Of a stretch of 19,064 bases of DNA, positions 16,545 through 19,064 are shown in pieces. Position numbers and translations under genes: made by a program. Numbering within the stretch: the stretch's first letter is position 1; the number at the start of each line of letters is the position of its first letter. Source of the DNA: Bdellovibrionota bacterium FG-2 (GTDB lineage: Bacteria; Bdellovibrionota; UBA1018); assembly GCA_051382305.1 (NCBI GenBank), contig JBBCAV010000190.1, positions 1 to 19,064 of the forward strand. Direction: 5' to 3'. A model generated the notes under the pieces. The model ran no database searches and had not been told where the DNA came from. It worked only from the letters and a program-made list of their open reading frames with translations.

Positions 16545-18532
16545 TTAGCTACCACCACGAGTACGATCACGACCAAGGCAATCAACGTTGCTCCAAATGC
16601 GTAATGCGATTCGTCTCGCAAATGGGACATCCAACTTCCAATAAGACCTTCGCCCTCGCCAAGCACCTTAAACATCCTCCGCTCAACGGCGTCGACATAA
16701 TGGGTATTAAGATATCCCTGACCCGGGAAGGGCCCCTCTGGCAGATTCTTTCTGGTAAAACGCCTGAGGATACTTTGGAATATTGTAAGAAACTGTGATG
16801 AAAAAGAGGATGCGGTATACTGCATTCGCGAGTTTGATGCCGAATAGCCACAACCCCAGGTCACGTGCCTGCGATTGGATCGGGGAAGAAAAAGCCAACG
16901 CAAGGCCAGCGCGCTGACTAACGCGACGATTAGCCACAGTCCCATTCGAAACACGGGTTCCAAAATAGTATTAAGATAGACAAACTGCGGTTCAACCTCA
17001 GATCCCCAATTCGCCGCGCGAAAGAAAAGACGTGTGGGCTCAGTCACTCCTTGCACACCAATCATGGGTATCAGTCCGAGCAGCGTCAATCCCGCAAGGT
17101 GCACAGCCATGCTGAATCGCATGGAGAGAGGTGCCTCACCATAATACTCGATTGATGAATCACGTGGAGTTCCCAAAAACGAGACGCCGAAAGATCGAGT
17201 CATCGAGAGAGCGGATATGGCACCAATGAATGCCAGCATGGCCGCTTCGGCTACGAAAAGTCCTCGTGAAGTTACATCGGGAATCTCCTGGCTGAAAAGG
17301 CCATTATAGATGAGGAATTCGCTTACAAATCCGTTGAACGGGGGGAGTGCCGAAATTGCTAAAGCCCCGACTAAAAAGAAAAATCCAGTCTGGGGCATTT
17401 TCCTGATCAATCCGCCGAGCTTTTCAATATCAATGGTATGAGTCATCCGATAGATTGCGCCTGCAGCATAGAACAAAAGGCATTTAAAGAGCGCATGGTT
17501 TACGACATGAAGAATTGCCCCTGAAAAACCAAGCACAACTAGGCTAGGTTTATGCCAATACAATCCAAGATATCCCACTCCAATTCCGATACCGACAATT
17601 CCTACATTTTCGGTTGATGAGTAACCCAAAAGCCTCTTTAGATCTCGTTGAGTCGCAGTATAAAGAACCCCCATAAATGCCGAAAGAGTCGAAAATATGA
17701 TAATACACCAGCCCATCCAGTGTTCCGGCGTTCCCATTAGGAGTGTGAATCGCAAAATACCATAAATTCCCGCCTTGTGAATCACTCCCGACATCAGCGC
17801 CGAAACATGTGCTGGAGCTGCTGAATGTGCGCGTGGAAGCCACGTATGAAAAGGGAAGTACGCGGATTTAAGTCCAAATGCAGTCAGAAGAATTAGAAAT
17901 GCGACATTTCTCAATGCTCCGTTTGTTCCGAGAAAACTCCTAAAACCCTGAAAATCAAAAGAGCCTGATGCGCTCCCCATGATCATAAAACCCGCGATCA
18001 GAAAAAGAAGACTCAAATGGGTCGAAACGAGATAGTTAAACCCGGCAAAACGGACCTTCTGATTCCTATAATCCCATATCACAGCCAGCCAAGCCGAAAT
18101 GGCAGCAATTTCCCAGCCCAATAAAAATACCAAAGCATTCTCTACGGTGTAGATAAGAATGAAAGAGAGAGAAATCATATTAAGGATCGCAAAATGCATT
18201 CCAGTAGAGGCGGATCTTTTTTCAAAGTAAGGAGTAAGGTATCCCAGCGCATAAATTGTTCCAAGCAAGGTCATGGGCAGTGAGAAAACGAGAAAAAAAG
18301 CCCCAAGCGCATCGACATTTAGACCGATTCGCTCAACTGGAAAACTCCACAAAAATTGACTGTGTAATTCCGGTCCACCCAAAAGAATCGGAAGTGTAGG
18401 AACGAGTATTAAGATAGACGCCGTTGCCTGTGAAATAATACTGATCCAAGCCCGACGATGAGTTCCGGGAATTAAGATGCAGAGCACGGCTCCCACCAGT
18501 AAAGAGATTATCCCTGCCACGATGAAGGTCAT
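16541..18532 (-). CDS. hyfB: Ehr/hydrogenase-4 NuoL-like antiporter subunit (HyfB/HycC type)
   Basis: FLLGWE, GLKSAYFPFHTWLPRAHSAAPAHVSALMSG, KRLLGYSSTEN, NHALFK, LPPFNGFVSE, TWGCGY...RMQYT. Start ATG 18532 or GTG 18547. Confidence 0.93.
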   Translation of the reverse strand: MTFIVAGIISLLVGAVLCILIPGTHRRAWISIISQATASILILVPTLPILLGGPELHSQFLWSFPVERIGLNVDALGAFFLVFSLPMTLLGTIYALGYLTPYFEKRSASTGMHFAILNMISLSFILIYTVENALVFLLGWEIAAISAWLAVIWDYRNQKVRFAGFNYLVSTHLSLLFLIAGFMIMGSASGSFDFQGFRSFLGTNGALRNVAFLILLTAFGLKSAYFPFHTWLPRAHSAAPAHVSALMSGVIHKAGIYGILRFTLLMGTPEHWMGWCIIIFSTLSAFMGVLYTATQRDLKRLLGYSSTENVGIVGIGIGVGYLGLYWHKPSLVVLGFSGAILHVVNHALFKCLLFYAAGAIYRMTHTIDIEKLGGLIRKMPQTGFFFLVGALAISALPPFNGFVSEFLIYNGLFSQEIPDVTSRGLFVAEAAMLAFIGAISALSMTRSFGVSFLGTPRDSSIEYYGEAPLSMRFSMAVHLAGLTLLGLIPMIGVQGVTEPTRLFFRAANWGSEVEPQFVYLNTILEPVFRMGLWLIVALVSALALRWLFLPRSNRRHVTWGCGYSASNSRMQYTASSFSSQFLTIFQSILRRFTRKNLPEGPFPGQGYLNTHYVDAVERRMFKVLGEGEGLIGSWMSHLRDESHYAFGATLIALVVIVLVVVAK

Positions 18533-18635
18533 TATTCTCACTTTCACACAGCAAAAGCCGCAGCAGGCGGCAGTTGCGCAAAGGTCTCTGTCTTAAGCAG
18601 AGTGACCCTATTGGCGACTAATTCTTCTTGTTCGT

Positions 18636-18667
18636 ACTTTATCACTAATGCAACATATTGCAATAAC
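18636..18667 (-). promoter_or_regulatory. Putative sigma70 promoter of the Ehr operon with overlapping operator (copy B)
   Basis: Minus strand: TTGCAA (18663-18658), 16-nt spacer, TAAAGT (18641-18636) preceded by TGn. Contains the palindrome TGCAA-N4-TTGCA (18649-18662). Confidence 0.68.
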
Positions 18668-18937
18668 AAACTCGGACGTGCTAGAAGTCAAATGGTGCAA
18701 ATTTCTATGTGGTAACTCATGCCGAGAGAGCCTGTTCCGTGTGGTTGCTACTTTGGGTGAACTCCTCTAAGGAGTCGGTATAATAAAGGTGCGCGATTAT
18801 TATATGATAACACTATTCGAAAACTATTGGCGCGTCACATAGGTGCTCTGGTTAGCGGCGTAAGGCACCAAGCAGGGCGGATCTGACCGGACGATTTGCC
18901 GCAGTTGGCCGAGGTTTCCTTTTCGAGGAGGAAGCCC

Positions 18938-19064
18938 ATGTCTAAAAATGCGACGTCCCGTAGTGATGAAGATCTGATTAATGCCGTGATGGAAGCAATC
19001 GCTGCCAAGAAGACGGCCAAGGAGTCTGAAAAGAAACCCATAAATCGCGGTCGCAGGTACGGTC
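18938..19064 (+). CDS. 5' end of an unknown protein, running off the window
   Basis: GAGGAGG at 18925-18931, ATG 18938, open frame MSKNATSRSDEDLINAVMEAIAAKKTAKESEKKPINRGRRYG... to the window end. Not in the supplied ORF track. Confidence 0.65.
   Translation, partial: MSKNATSRSDEDLINAVMEAIAAKKTAKESEKKPINRGRRYG

Noticed and set aside
11237-18547. True hydrogenase-4/formate hydrogenlyase or complex I (nuo)
   Set aside because: No NiFe ligands, maturases or Fdh; lacks NuoA/E/F/G; gene set and order match Ehr.
18761-18810. ACTCCT-CTA-AGGAGT inverted repeat, TATAAT at 18779-18784 and TTATTATATGATAA near-palindrome
   Set aside because: Could be the promoter of the right-edge gene, but there is no convincing -35 and no second copy; too weak to call.
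18842-18910. Cobalamin or NiCo riboswitch
   Set aside because: Only short fragments resemble them (AGGTGC, AGCAGG); core conserved elements were not found.
18835-19041. 68-aa minus-strand ORF
   Set aside because: Antisense to the SD-supported plus-strand ORF at 18938 and its leader.
1-19064. CRISPR arrays, tRNA or rRNA genes
   Set aside because: No regularly spaced repeats or RNA-gene signatures seen; intergenic spaces are short.

Overview
Bacterial chromosomal window dominated by energy-metabolism genes. The taxonomy is not established; the gene styles loosely suggest a deltaproteobacteria-like or Bdellovibrionota-like organism. Left edge: probable 3' end and right terminal repeat of an IS1634-type element. 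Left minus-strand block: SAM-methyltransferase 1 > divergent Fur-family regulator > 2[4Fe-4S] ferredoxin > sdhCAB (3-subunit, probably dihaem succinate:quinone oxidoreductase/fumarate reductase) > hpt. Central plus-strand block: atypical receiver domain > coiled-coil/C4 zinc-ribbon protein > internally deleted, frameshifted paralog of that gene > MerB-fold protein lacking catalytic cysteines > maeB. Right minus-strand block: six-gene energy-converting-hydrogenase-related (Ehr) operon whose large subunit lacks the NiFe-binding cysteines, followed directly by SAM-methyltransferase 2. Right edge: start of an unknown plus-strand gene behind a structured leader. Main observations: (i) one 25-bp operator-like motif (21/25 identical) lies across the predicted promoters of both the Ehr operon and the maeB block; (ii) the Fur homolog has lost almost all regulatory-metal ligands; (iii) each respiratory-complex block carries its own paralog of an uncharacterised methyltransferase; (iv) several proteins have degenerate active sites. 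Together these suggest a co-regulated C4-dicarboxylate/ferredoxin/Ehr redox module, which is inference and untested.
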